From positions 31,316,599 through 31,380,598 of the forward strand of contig JARFYF010000002.1 of assembly GCA_030265395.1 (NCBI GenBank): a DNA stretch of 64,000 bases, written 5' to 3'. Both the position numbers and the translations under genes were made by a program. This document shows, in pieces, positions 1-12,320 of this stretch. The notes below the pieces were generated by a model that searched no databases, was not told the DNA's origin, and saw only the letters and a list, made by a program, of their open reading frames with translations. Every line of letters starts with the position of its first letter. Positions within the stretch are counted from its first letter, which is position 1. The stretch is from Rhina ancylostomus (lineage: Eukaryota).

Positions 1-110
1 TCTTCAGCCAGAGGTGGTGAATCTATGGAATTCACTGCCACAGATGGCTGTGGAGGCCAAGTCATTGGGTATAATTAAAGCAAAGGTTGATAGGTTCTTG
101 ATTAGTAAAG
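1..110 (+). mobile_element. CR1 LINE ORF2 C-terminal fragment
   Basis: Translates VVNLWNSLPQMAVEAKSLGIIKAKVDRFL, the typical CR1 ORF2 C-terminus. Confidence 0.85.
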
Positions 111-1722
111 AAAAATCACAAAAACTGCTTGACATCAATAAAGCTCCAGGCAGGTTGACAGAGGTGAACAGATTCCTGAAGATTATGATTTGGTGTCGCT
201 GGTCAATCACTGATCATCAGGGTATGAAACATATCACGTATAAGATGCTGAATCCAAGATTCAGCTGAATCCAAAATGGACATTTATATTTCTTGTCATA
301 GGTTTACCAGTTAGCCAACCTAAGCCCAGAAGTTTTCTTGCTTGTTTTCATGCCAAATTGATTTCATTATGTGTCAATGGGTTCACTAAAACCCCTAACC
401 CCTCGAACCCCTAATGCAACTATCTATTTTGGAAAAACTTGATTGAGTAAAACTTTCTTCTAACCTTGTCATTTATGATTAAGATATTTCAAAAAGTTAT
501 TGTTACTGATCTAATTTATTCCTTTTAGTTATTTGAAAATCTTGGCCATTTGAACAGTTGAAAATTTGGTCATTTATCTTTCAGGTGCTCTCCACAGAAT
601 ATCTTCTTTGAAAAGGTGTCTTCTGACATTCCCACCACATGATCTGATATTTCCTGAACCACCTCTGCTGCTGTGAATAGACCACAATCTTTCAAATCTC
701 TCATATCATCTTATCTTTAATGTCATTCCAATGAATCTAAACATTTTCTTCAGTTACAATAGTCCACAATTGGATTACTAAAACTGTACATTACCTTTGA
801 CTGTTTTCTTACCAGATCTGGTCATCAGTTCTTTGTATTGTGATCTACATGTTCTAAAGGCAAATCTCATATTCCCTGTTGAAAACTTATAATGCTTGTA
901 ATTCTGCTTTTAATTACATCTTTCCTCTAACCTTTCAGGGTTTTTTGCTATTTATACCATTTCCATTTCCTTCCTTCAACCACATCATCCTTTGTTAAGT
1001 ACCTATGTTTTATGATATTTGATACATGTATAACTTCACTAGTTGTGCCCTCTCAGTCTTTTGAATTTTTTCTCATATTTTGCTTTGTCACAAATTTTCA
1101 GTACCCTCAATAAGTATGTTCAAATCATTTAAAGTGGTAAGTGCAATATATTCTATAGCAGAACAGTAATATATACCACAAACTACATTATGTCAATCAG
1201 GAAATGTTAACCTTGCTTTGACTCCTTCAGGCAGAATCCTCCAGAAATTCCATTCCTACTTGGTCCATGGTTTCAGGATTTATTATTCAATTTTTTTGTT
1301 TTGTCGTTTTATATTTCCACTTACCATACCTTTTGATACAATTTCTAATTCTAAAGAACTTTGAAAAACATGATTACTGCTTTTACTGTTTTTTAGCATT
1401 CATTGTCCTCAAGTAAAGAACAATGAAGCAGTGGATAATTAATAACTTCAGCTTTAACTCTGCTAAAGCAGATTCTTTTAAACATTAATGCCAATTTGTG
1501 GTTCATATTGTCATTTCTCTGGAAATGACAAAGAAAAATATGAGGGCAAAAAACATAAAAAAAGAACTTTTATTTATATAGTACCCTTCATAATATCAGA
1601 ACATCCCAAAGAGCTTAAGAACCGTTGCTAAACCTGCAGTGATAACATTTGATCTGTGATAAACTGACAGTGAGTGAAATTGCTAACTTGGCATTCTGTG
1701 TGCAATCTTAAAGCTTTTAAGT

Positions 1723-2068
1723 AGAACATAGAACAGTACACCAAAGGAGCAGGCCCGTTGGCCCACACTGTCCGTGTTGACCATGATGCTAATTATAACC
1801 AAACTTATTTGCCTACACATGATCCATATCCCTCCATTCACTGAATGTTCATGTGCCTGTCTAAATGCCTCTTAAGTACCACTATCATGTCTGTTTCCGT
1901 CACCACCCCTGGCAGCACATTCCAGGCACCTATCATTCTCTGTGTAAAAAAAAAACTTACCCNNNNNNNACTCTCTAATCCAGACAACATCCTGGTAAAC
2001 CTCTTCTGCACCCTCTCCAAAGCCACCGCCTTTTTTTTCCAGTAATGGGGCAACCAGAGCTGCACACA
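1723..2068 (-). mobile_element. CR1 LINE 3' fragment
   Basis: ALERVQKRFTRML...FFTQRMIGAWNVLPGVV...LKRHLDRHM peptide; the (agaacat)n tail at 1723 is the reverse complement of the CR1 tail. Confidence 0.85.
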
Positions 2069-2839
2069 AAATGAACTTTGTAAGCAGGTTCAGTTTCAAA
2101 AAAACTTCTGGGGTTGTGAAGACAATAGGCCAATTCACCAGTTCAAGACGAAGGAACCATATTTCACAAACTGACAGTAAACAAACAAAATGACACAATC
2201 AAAAGGTTGGGTGTGTATGAGGGGCGAAGTTGTGTCAATCAAATTTCCCATCAAACACTACCTCAGGGGAAAGGTGAGGAAGAGAAACATAATTGCCAGT
2301 TTGAGACTGTTTTCTGTGAATGTATGTTCTAATATTCAGATTTAACCACCTGCTGAGGAGGGCCTGATTTATGCCAAATAGCAATTCAGAACTTGTTCAA
2401 ATAATTTGATATAGGGTAATAAATGTCATATTTCAGAGAGAATCTGTGTATTTGCTATTTTAAATAGGGCTCTGGGAATGATATCATTATAACCAAGTAC
2501 TAATACACTGATAGATTTCCTTGCTTTGTGAGTTGATGCAGCTAATTCTAAAGAAAGTAGCAAAGTTATGGAGTGTTACAGCGTAGAAATAGGATATTTA
2601 GCATTGAAAACTCTGCTTTTTTTTCTGTACCTAGTCTAGTCCTGGAGCCTTCCAAGGATCCTTTAATATTTTTTAGTGAATGATGTGCTTTTCTTTTTAA
2701 AAGATTTTTAGGACCTTGCACAAGCAGCTTATTGGAGTGGTTTACATATTCAAAACATTTTCTAGAGTGGACTTCTTTGAATCAGTTCATTTCACAGGTG
2801 CTTGACTATAAACTAAGTAATATTGATTTTATTCCAAAG

Positions 2840-2892
2840 GCTGGCACAACATGGTGGGCCAAAGGGCCTGAATTGTGCTGTATTGTTCTTTG
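2840..2892 (+). mobile_element. CR1 3' tail fragment
   Basis: ggcacaacatggtgggccaaagggcctg..tgtgctgtattgttct matches the tails of the other CR1 copies in this window. Confidence 0.7.
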
Positions 2893-2921
2893 AGTTTGGT
2901 CAAAAATATCGAATGTGAGCT

Positions 2922-3003
2922 TGAGTCAAAAATACTGCTAACTGTTGATTACCTCCTGACTCCAGCATCTTATCATAGCTCCAGTATCCAGATCTGGTTA
3001 ACA
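2922..3003. repeat. 82-bp dispersed direct repeat, copy 1 (partner 6736-6817)
   Basis: Ungapped manual alignment, 70/82 identical. Confidence 0.85.
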
Positions 3004-3204
3004 GATCTAGACACTGAGGTTGCATTTACAATATTAGGAAAATCTGTGATCCAGCTGTCCTAGTGCAGAAAGCATCCTGGGATACTTTTGCAACAATATC
3101 ATCAACAATTGCTTTTATCACATAATTTATTAAAATAGCTTAAGGAATTTCAAAGGGGTATTAACAAAGGTGTATCTTTATTCTTAATCTCAATGGACTA
3201 TGCT

Positions 3205-4435
3205 TCCTTTTATTTCAAAAATAAACTTTGTACGTTTTTTTAAAATTATGAATAAAGAAAAAAAGGATAGTGTATGGCTCTTTACATTCATAGTGTCATT
3301 CAGTCTATGCACACATAGTGTTATTGGTACTGTACATTTGTAGTGTTAGAACATTTTTGCACCATTGCCACTCATGTGGCCTCCTGAGGTGATACAAACT
3401 TCAGTTGTTTGAAGGGCTTCTACACTGGACCCAACCCCTCAATGCCCAGTGATGGAAGGAGCCTAGACTGCAGTTCTTCCCCACAAAGCCTTTGCATTGG
3501 CTGCACCATGTTTCCATTCATCTCTCAGCATGTACTCCTGTAGCCTTGAATGTCCCAGTAAGCAGTATTTGTTAATGGACATCTCATTGTACTGGAAGAT
3601 CAACAAGCTTTGGGCAAACCAAAGAGTGTGTCTTTCACCAAGTTGATGATCTTCCACCAGCTCTTGATGTTTTTCTGTATGTGTCCTTGGGAACAGCCTG
3701 TAGATCAGAGAGTCCTCAGTTGCACAGCTGCTTGAGATGATCCTTGACAAGGCAACTTGCACCCTTCTCCAGGCCCTCTTTGCAAATACAGAGACCGCAA
3801 AGAGGTGGGTGACCATCTCCTCCTCATCACAGACACCCCAAGGACAGTGTGTGTTGAATAGAGATTCTGACTGTACAGGAAGGATCTGACAAGGAGGGCC
3901 CCTCTCCTCACCAGCCAAGTGAGGACTTGGTGCTTGTTGGTGAGTTCTGGCAATGAGGCATTCTGCCAGATGATTTGGAAAGTCTGCNNNNNNNNNNNNN
4001 NNNNNNNNNNNNNNNNNNNNNNNNNNNNNNNNNNNNNNNNNNNNNNNNNNNNNNNNNNNNNNNNNNNNNNNNNNNNNNNNNNNNNNNATTCTGCCAGATG
4101 ATTTGGAAAGTCTGCTCAGGGAACCACCCAGCAGGATCCATCATATCTTTGTCCCACAGTGCCAGCAGGATGTTCTGTGCAGGCCATTGTCTGAGGTACA
4201 TGGTTTTTGCATGAGAGATAGGCTGACTTGCACATTGCGTGGCAATGGGGCCAGGTCTAACCTTTCCAACACCAGGGATGGGTAGAACCTCAGTATGGAG
4301 TGACACTTGACGCCTGTGTCCTTAAGTTCCAAGCAAAGCCTGATGCAGCCACATACAAAAGTGGCCATCAGGATCAGGGCAATGTTGGGTATGCTTTTGC
4401 TCCCATTGGCTATGACTGTTGCCAACAAAGTGGTC
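3205..4435 (-). mobile_element. Tx1-like (L1 clade) non-LTR retrotransposon, 5'-truncated and decayed
   Basis: Frameshifted ORF2 C-terminus: PNIALILMATFVCGCIRLC; LTNKHQVLTWLVRRGALLVRSFL; CPWGVCDEEEMVTHLF (zf-RVT-like); ANAKALWGRTAV*. A-rich 3' end near 3210. Confidence 0.8.
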
Positions 4436-4684
4436 TCTAACCACTATGGGTCCACTTGCCCAGACACATGAAGAGTCCTGGATCTGAAATGCTAATAGTT
4501 TCTCTTCCCTTTGATGCTTACCTGCGTTGAGTCTGTATTTCTGTTTTTATTTCTCATTTCCTAAAACTGTCTAAAATTAGTTTATTATTTTATAATCCAA
4601 CTTGTATTTCACTCTAATTTTTATGCATCCTTTCATAAGACAATTTTATATAGTTAAAATAATCATGTGATTCTTAAGTAACAT

Positions 4685-5295
4685 GAAGACAGAAAATGCT
4701 GGAAATATTCAGTAGATCAGACAGTATATGTGGAGAGAGAAATAGAGCTAATGCTTTGGGTCAAAGACCTGTCATTAGAACTGGAAAAAAAGAGTGATAC
4801 AATTGGTTTTAACTAAGTATAACGTTAGGGAAAGAGGTCAGAGATGAAGCACAAAAGGGAAGGCTGATTAAATGCCAACAATGGCATGATGGTGCAATGG
4901 GACAAATAATCAAAGACTGGCATGGAGGAACTGTAAATGACCAAAGGACAGAATTACTAAATGGGGCATTGGTTATGATTTGGAATTGCTGANNNNNNNN
5001 NNNNNNNNNNNNNNNNNNNNNNNNNNNNNNNNNNNNNNNNNNNNNNNNNNNNNNNNNNNNNNNNNNNNNNNNNNNNNNNNNNNNNNNNNNNNCTGAATTC
5101 AGTGTTGGTTCCGGAAGGCCATACCATGCCTAATTGAAAGATGAGATGGTGTTGCTTGAGCTACCAATGAGCTTCATTGGAACAATGTTGGAGGCTGAGG
5201 ACAGAGGGGCCAAACTGGAAATGCGATTAAGAAATAAGGTGACAAATGACTGGAAGCTCAGGGTCATGCTTGGGCATTGGAGGTGCTCTGAAAAA
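4685..5295 (-). mobile_element. Penelope-like element 3' part (GIY-YIG C-terminus plus terminal region)
   Basis: Minus strand 5093-5290 reads FSEHL../KHDPELPVICHL..SVLSLQHCSNEAHW*LKQHHLIFQLGMVWPSGTNTEF, resembling the PLE GIY-YIG tail (LPVAxHFN...KLEEQHLIFRLGTLQPxGLNIEF). The terminal segment has a decayed hammerhead at 4746-4783. Confidence 0.8.
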
Positions 5296-6735
5296 TTTGT
5301 AGTGGTTGTAGATGAAATTTGTTATAAATATTTTAAAGCTAAAAGTTAAATGCACCATTCTCATGTGTATTTTAAGATGTATTTTTATTGATTTTTTTCC
5401 CCCTCATTTGTTCTGTCGGCACTGGTAGTTGACTGTAGTTTGAATCTTTATCACTACTGCAGAGTAATATTCTGATGGAGTTTATTCTGAAGCTTTGGAA
5501 AAATAAATGGTTCTAATTATTCAGTGAATAAATTCATTCACTTTCAAGGCATCAAGTGATTCAGTAAATGTCTTTTTAAGCCCTGTTCCATCAATTACTT
5601 TATTTCCATACTTAAAACAATGACAAATTATGTGCATAGCACCTCAATGCAGGATCATATATATAATTTTCCTTCTGTAAACTTAAATATTTGCCTAACT
5701 ACAAACTTTCTGTAAGATAAACCAACTCCTTAACAGACACATTAATCCCCTAGCCTTTATTGTCTCTGAAGGTGAAAACAAAGTCATAGGTAAAAATAAT
5801 GACATTTGTTCACCTGCCTTAGTCCCTTTCCTAGTTGTTCAGCATTAAACATTATAGCTGCATTGAACTAGAGCTCTTTGTCCCCAAACCTGTACTCTAT
5901 TACTGTACTCTAAGTAGAGCTCCTCTGTGACACTCGGGATAGCTCCCATCAAAACTTGGAGCACTTTACAAATGCTGATTCTACCAGCAACCATTTAGAT
6001 GGGATGATTAATTTGCACTTTAAAGCTTAACTTCATGATTTTAATATGATATTTGTGCCAATGCAAATTTTTAGACACGTTAGTGATTTTGTATCTGACA
6101 GATGCTTGTAACAGGGTGACTCCTTATAATCAGGTCAGCCAATTTGTGCATAACATCTTTCATGCTGCAGGGCCCTGAGGAACATGCTGTGGGGTTTATT
6201 GTTTTTATTGAATAGCATCAGCTTGACATTACCCTGGATCACTGAGAGAAGAAAAGATTCTTAGAGTTGAAAACATTGCAAATATCTTGCAACCTTTATG
6301 TTCTGCTTGTTGAACTACCGACAAGCCAAAATGACATTTTATTAGAAGAATAATTACTGTGAATTACTAGATCAACAATGCTAGCATAACCTGGGGACCA
6401 CTGGATAATACAGTAAATTATAGCTGTGGTTTTAACGTTTTGCAACGTTAAATGAAAATTTCTTCTCTGCTGGTAATGATGCACCTTTGTGTAGTTGGGT
6501 TTGATGGTTTGTAGCTAGGAAAAGTTATACAGAGCTGCCAATTGTTTGGTATCACAGTGGCCTTTAACTGACAGCCTAACAGAGAAGCTAGAAGGTTGAC
6601 TTGATCTTCTTCAGTTGAGTACTGGAATTGAGTAAGTTTATTCACAGAAAATAGCCCATTGTCAGTATTGTAAGCAGGTCATCAAATCCTTAGCCTTCCA
6701 TGTTCTTTATCCTTTAAATGAATTGGCTGTAACCA

Positions 6736-6817
6736 TGAGTAAAAAATATTGTTAAATATTCATTACCTTCTGACTTCAGCATCTTATCGTAGCTCCAGTG
6801 TCTAGATTTGGTTAACA
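6736..6817. repeat. 82-bp dispersed direct repeat, copy 2 (partner 2922-3003)
   Basis: Ungapped manual alignment, 70/82 identical. Confidence 0.85.
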
Positions 6818-7159
6818 AAGAATTTTATAAAACCAATGACACGAGTAGGAGGCCTGAACCAATGTGTGGCTTGGTCTTTTCAGATTCAGGAAGAGCTGCC
6901 TGTTCTATTTGTGCATATGGGGAAGTAGAGTCAGGGAAAGGGATGAGCTGGAGATGGTGGATACACAAACATCTATTGAGAGCTGCTGCTATTAAAAAAT
7001 ATCCTGTACATCTTAAAGGAGCTGTAGGTACAGTTGAACGCAGTCATAGTCATCTTCCTCAGACCCCACTAATACACAATACACACAGCACCAGATTTTC
7101 AGATGGTGCTGTACGAGCTGGACAGCAGCAGAAAGGAGTGCTCCTTTCTTCAGATGTCA

Positions 7160-7575
7160 TGCTCCGTTCACTCATGACCCCTGTGTTCACTGTTCTAAAT
7201 TGTCTCTTGGTTGAATAAACCTTAATTTCAAAATGCTCATTTAGTTTCAATCTCAGCATGGCCTTCCTCCCCACCTGTGTAACCCCCCACTGGTCCTAGA
7301 ACTAACTCTCCATGATATTATTGCTGCTTCAGTACTGGGCTGCAATGTCCCAGACTTTAATCACTCCACCATTACAACATGTGCTTTCAGCCTCATGACC
7401 TGTAAGGTTTGGAACCCATCAAATCTTTCCCTACATCTCTACCTTCTTTATAAATCTCCATCAAACTTATCTCCTCTGATGAAATTTTTCATTTTCTGAT
7501 TTTTTTACCTCCTTTCATACTCCATGCCAAATTTTGTTTGGTAATGACTACATTAAAGATAGCACCATAAATACA
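7160..7575 (+). mobile_element. L2 LINE 3' end, decayed
   Basis: Degenerate match to the L2 ORF2 end (TPVL..LHWLPV..RL.FKIL...HGLAPPYL...AFS...P.LWN). Confidence 0.65.
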
Positions 7576-7617
7576 AAATGTTTTTGAATGGTCCATGGAG
7601 ACAAAAGCGCTCAGAAG

Positions 7618-8620
7618 GATTCAAGATTTACTTTATTGTCATTTCTCTGAGTATTTGCATACACAAAAACGAAATACTGTTTCTCACCAGCTCCTATCAG
7701 TGCAACAAAAAGAATGGTGATAAATATCTAAAATATTCTATAAAAACATCTCTAAAACAAAACTAAAAATGTATCAACACCACATATTCGTATCTGTTAA
7801 AGTGCATTTATGTATTAATAAGTGTTTATTCAGCTGTCAGTGGAAATGGAAGGGGACAAAGTCCATTTATGATCCTGTCTGCTTGTGGGGAAAAAGCTGT
7901 TCAGCATCCCACTAGATCTAAAGCAGATGCTCCTATACCTCTTCCCCCATGGCAGGAGGGAAAACAGATTGTGAGAAGGGTGATGAAGTTTCTTAGTGAT
8001 GGCCGTAGGTCTGCGAATGCAGAGTTGCTGATATGTCTCCATCAAAAAGGGGAGAGGGGCACCAATGATCCTGCTAGCTGTCTTCACCATCCTATTGAGC
8101 TGCTGTTTTTCGTAAGCCTTGCAGCTACCAAACCAGGAGGTGAAGCAGTAGGTCAGGATGCTTTCAATGGTGCCCCTGTAAAAAGTGATGAGGTATGGAG
8201 TAAGGAGGCCTGCCTTTCTGAGTCTTCGGAGGGGGTAAAGCCGCTGCTGGGCTTTTTTAACGATGGCTGCAGTGTTAATAGTGGAGGTCAGATCATCTGC
8301 TAGGTGAACCCCCAGGAACTTAATGTTGCTGACCCTTTCCACAGCAGCACCATCAATGGTCAGTGGTGTATGATCGTGCTTGCCAGACCCCCTGAAGTCA
8401 ATCACCATCTCCTTTGTTTTGTCCACATTGAGGGTGAGATTGTGGAATCTGCACCATGCTGTTAGCAGCTCCACCTCCATCCTATAATGCAGACTCATCA
8501 TTGTCACTGACGAGACCCACCACTTTTGTGTCATCGGCGAACTTAATGATGTAATTGGTACTGAATCTAACAGTGCAGTCATGTGTGAGCAGACTAAACA
8601 GTAAGGGCTTAGACACTCCA
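7618..8620 (-). mobile_element. Rex1/Babar non-LTR retrotransposon, 5'-truncated (RT C-half plus DUF1891-like region), one frameshift near 8485
   Basis: PLLFSLLTHDC..IIKFADDTKVVGLVSDNDESA / YRMEVELLTAWC..NLTLNVDKTKEMVIDFR..KFLGVHL..KKAQQRLYPLRRLRK..FYRGTIESILTYC..HPSHNLFSLLPWGKRYRSI; aataaa near the 3' end on the minus strand. Confidence 0.9.
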
Positions 8621-9624
8621 ATACCAGGCCACAGACAATGCAGCTTGTGACCTGCAGGCCAGGTTTGGACTACTGTTCTCACTAATGTGCCCTTCTTTAT
8701 TGTAGATAAAAGGATCCCTAGTTTCATCTCTCTGGTGGTAGGGCTGAGATTGTGATCCATTAAATTGAAGAAAAAAAAACAACGCTGGAAATCTGAAATA
8801 AAAGTTTGAAAACATTGGCATTCCACAGTGAAACCGTCAGCAGCTGAATGAGAATGAAAGACTGAGGTTTAAGATAGGAAACTTTATCAGATTCTGATAT
8901 CAAGTTCTTTCACATAGTTTGAAAGAGAACCTGCCTCACAATTTCACACAATTTCTATTTATAATTCTACATAATATAGCATGCATGAAATATTAAACAA
9001 AGTGTCATGAGCAATTTATTTTTAATGAGAGTTTGACAGACACATTTTGATACTTGACTGCTTAAACAATTGAAAATGTAAGTATCACAGTCAGGACCCA
9101 TGTGTATGTGACAGTGCAGTTATACCAAAAGTACAACAGCAGAGTGCACACTGCATAAAATGAGAAAATGCATTTATATTTTACACTGCTAAAAAAAAGG
9201 GATTAGACTTAGCTTAAACTTATTTTTCTCTAACTTTCTTTTTGTGTCCTCTTCTTGAGGATGTTGAATTATATTGGCGTACAAACTTACAGTTACCTCA
9301 GACTCTGCAGCATGCCATTTAAGTGGTCCTCCTTCATATGTGAGTCTTGGCAAAGTGCGCCAGAAGCTATTTTACACTAAGCAATCATAACTGGACCCCT
9401 GTGCTCTTGCCTGCACATTATTGCTCTCACCATTGCATGGTGATGAGGAGCAGAATCTCTGTTAATTGTTTACTCTCCTGGACTGTGAACGGTTATAGTT
9501 TTGTGTCCTGTCACATTGGGTAATTTGGCAGGAAGAAAAGATTGAGCTGGACTTTATGGGACATTGTAATGCACGTGGTATGGCATTATTGGGAATTCTG
9601 TAACCACATGCCATGCTCACTTAC

Positions 9625-9778
9625 CGAAGTGCGTAATGTGATAATTTGAGCTGCGTTAACCTTGGTCTAGAGCTGGGGTCAGAGAATATTTTACGGTATT
9701 TGTCATCCATCTCTTCAAAATAATGATATTTGGAACCATAGGCCAAAGAATGGTTACATATTATGTAAGCTTAATGTT
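9625..9778 (-). other. Candidate exon (unverified) with strong donor CG|GTAAGTGAG and ATG at 9710
   Basis: Acceptor ttttttgtgaacag; gaagagATGG start context; open frame MDDKYRKIFSDPSSRPRLTQLKLSHYAL up to a phase-2 donor; unique CpG-retaining sequence; no homology recognised. Confidence 0.25.
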
Positions 9779-10640
9779 CTGTTCACAAAAAACTTATACA
9801 TTTTAGATACGATTTCCTCTTTAAAATTCATAACAATCGTTGTCTTCAGATGTAATTTCTACAGTATAAAGACCATGAATATTACAAATGCTTCTACCTT
9901 TACACTGCTGCTAGCCTATTGATAAACATCCAATTTGGATCGCCATTTTGACCTGTCATGTGTCAGATTAAATCTGCAACCTATGAGAAAATGACGTTCT
10001 TTTAAAGAGTTTACGTCCAATATATAAAATTAGATTATGCAGCTTTCCAAATAGCACTGATTTACAAAGTAAGGCACGCAGGACCAAATGGTTTAGCCAT
10101 ACTTTCCTCAATTATCAGCCAGCTTGGTTTATGACTGCTGGAGGATATATTTGTAATAGAAGCTGTCGAAATCCAAATGATATGCAGTACATCAATGGGT
10201 CTGGCAGTCACATCCTACCTCTTGTTCCATTTTGCTGTATCATTGCCATGCTCAATCTTGCTATAATAGTTCCCTAGAGAAACATATTGAACAATGCATG
10301 CCTTCTCTTAAGCAAATTATTTGAGAATCACAAAGGAAACATAGAAATGATATAATTAATTTTAACTATATTGGATATCTTCAACATCACTTTCCCTCAC
10401 AAAGACAATTGAATCTAATTTATTGTGTTTTGATAATTTTTTTGCTTTTCTTCAATGCAATAATTCAATTTAAATATAAATTTTAGAAACCAATTGTCAA
10501 TAACTCCAGTAATGGTTTATAAGGGCCTGAAATTCAACAAGAAGATGTTATTGTATTAAGCTTAACACATCTGCTAGAATTTCTCTCTTTTCATCTCAGT
10601 GGAGGTATTAATTGATTTAAAATATGGGAAAGATCTTGAC

Positions 10641-10773
10641 TTTGTGTAATAATATGACTGACAGAGAGCCCGCAGGCCAATTTACAACTCCATTTTCATT
10701 CTATTGAATTCAACAGAGTTGAAAAATAGGAGAAACATGAAAGGGGCTGTTATCTCTTGCATTATCACACAAA
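10641..10773. repeat. Imperfect palindrome / MITE-like hairpin element
   Basis: Outer arms tttgtgtaataat / attatcacacaaa; inner arms attttcattctattgaa / ttcaacagagttgaaaaat centred on GAATTC at 10706-10711. Confidence 0.55.
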
Positions 10774-11179
10774 AACAGAGCTGGTCCTAATCAGTTCAAG
10801 CCAATGTTAAAATAGGTAAGAGACGATCTTCAGTTAAGTGTGCTAAGCCCTTGTACATTAGCATTCCATGGCAGAACTTCAGACAAGAGGAAGTTCATCC
10901 TCAGGATTACAATCTTTTAGAGATATTCAAACCTAGATTGCATAGTCTTAAATATTATAAAATACCTTACAAAATTGGTGTAATCCCAAATATTTGTCCA
11001 GGATTTAAGATATTAACATCATACAAATAAATGTTGTGCCCTGTGTTGTCCAGGCTTGACTTCTTAAGTCTCACAAGATACTCCAATTGTTAGAGCAAGT
11101 TATTGCAATAAACCACAATAAAGATAGCATGCAGCATCAACTAACATTTTCTGGAGTTCCACTCTTGTCAAAATATTCA

Positions 11180-12320
11180 CAGAGCCATACAGCACAGAAG
11201 CAGGCCCTTTGGCCCATGATGGCCATGGAGCGCTCATTTATACCAATCTCATTGTGCAGCACTTGGGCCATAATCTTCCATGCCGTGGCAATTCAACTGC
11301 TTGTCGAGATATTTCATAATTCTTGTGTGAGTACCTGCCTCCATCAACCCCTCAGGCAGTGCTTCCTAGAATCCAACTACCTACTCAGTGGGAAAAAAAA
11401 ACTTCCTCAGATCTCCTCTAAAAGTCGTAACCCTTCGATTAAATCTTTGGCCTCTAGTTTTATACAGCTCTGCCAAGGGGAGAAGTGTTCACCCTATTTA
11501 AACCCCTCATTTTTTATACCACAATCAGATTCCCCTCAACTTACTATTCTCCAAAGAAAACAAGCCAAGCTTATCTAGTCTCTGTTCATAACTGTAACAG
11601 TCCATCCCAGGCAACATCCTGGTGAATCTCCTCTGCACTTTCTGCAGTGCAAATACATCCTTCCTGTATTGTCGTGACTTGATAGAGGTGTACAAGATGA
11701 TAAGAGGCATAGGTTGAGTGGACAGTCAGAGACCTTATCCCAGGGTGACAATGGCTAACACGAAGGGACATAATTTTAAGGTGATTGGAGGAAGATACAA
11801 GGGGGATGTCAGGGGTGCATTTTTTTACACAGAGAGTGCTGGGTGCATGCACTGCACTGCCGGCAGAGGTTGTGGAGGCAGATACATAAGTGACATTTAA
11901 GAGACTCTTAGCTAGACACATGAATGATAGAGAAATGGAGGGCTATGTGGGAGGGATGGGTTAGATAGATCTTAGAGCAGGATAAAATGTGGGCACAACA
12001 TTGTGGGGCAAAGGGCCTGTACTATTATGTTCTATGTTCTAAAACTGCTCACAATACTCCAGCTGTAGTGTTGCCAATATTTTATAAAGTTGTGCCATAA
12101 TATTTCCACTCTTATATTTTCTCATCCAGCTAACTAAGACAAGTACCACACCAACTTATCCACCTATTTCTACCCCTTCAGGGACTCTTAGACCTGTACA
12201 CCATGGTCCCTCTGTTCCTCAATATTTCTGAGGATCTCATCATTCATTGTGTATGTCCTCCAAAAATGCATTACCTCCCACTTATTAGGAGTAACTTCCA
12301 TCTGCTAGTGCTCTGCTCAT
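11180..12320 (-). mobile_element. CR1 LINE fragment interrupted by a younger CR1
   Basis: YRKDVFALQKVQRRFTRMLPGMDCYSYEQRLDKLGLFSLE; the element resumes at 12041 (aaaactgctcacaatactcc). Confidence 0.85.
11679..12040 (+). mobile_element. Nested CR1 3' fragment
   Basis: LIEVYKMIRGI..PRVTMANTKGHNFKVIGGRYKGDVRGAFF; (tgttcta)n tail at about 12040. Confidence 0.85.

Noticed and set aside
3960-4115. 28-bp direct repeat attctgccagatgatttggaaagtctgc on both sides of a 100-N gap (similarly tactgccct around 16258-16357)
   Set aside because: Typical unmerged contig overlap; an assembly artefact, not a biological duplication
6767-6801. HWSY peptide resembling the GnRH N-terminus (QHWSY)
   Set aside because: No Gln1, no PG-GKR ending and no signal peptide; a four-residue coincidence
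7830-8621. 263-aa ORF as a host gene (often mis-annotated as ALKBH8-like/DUF1891 protein)
   Set aside because: It is the frameshifted, 5'-truncated ORF of a Rex1/Babar retrotransposon
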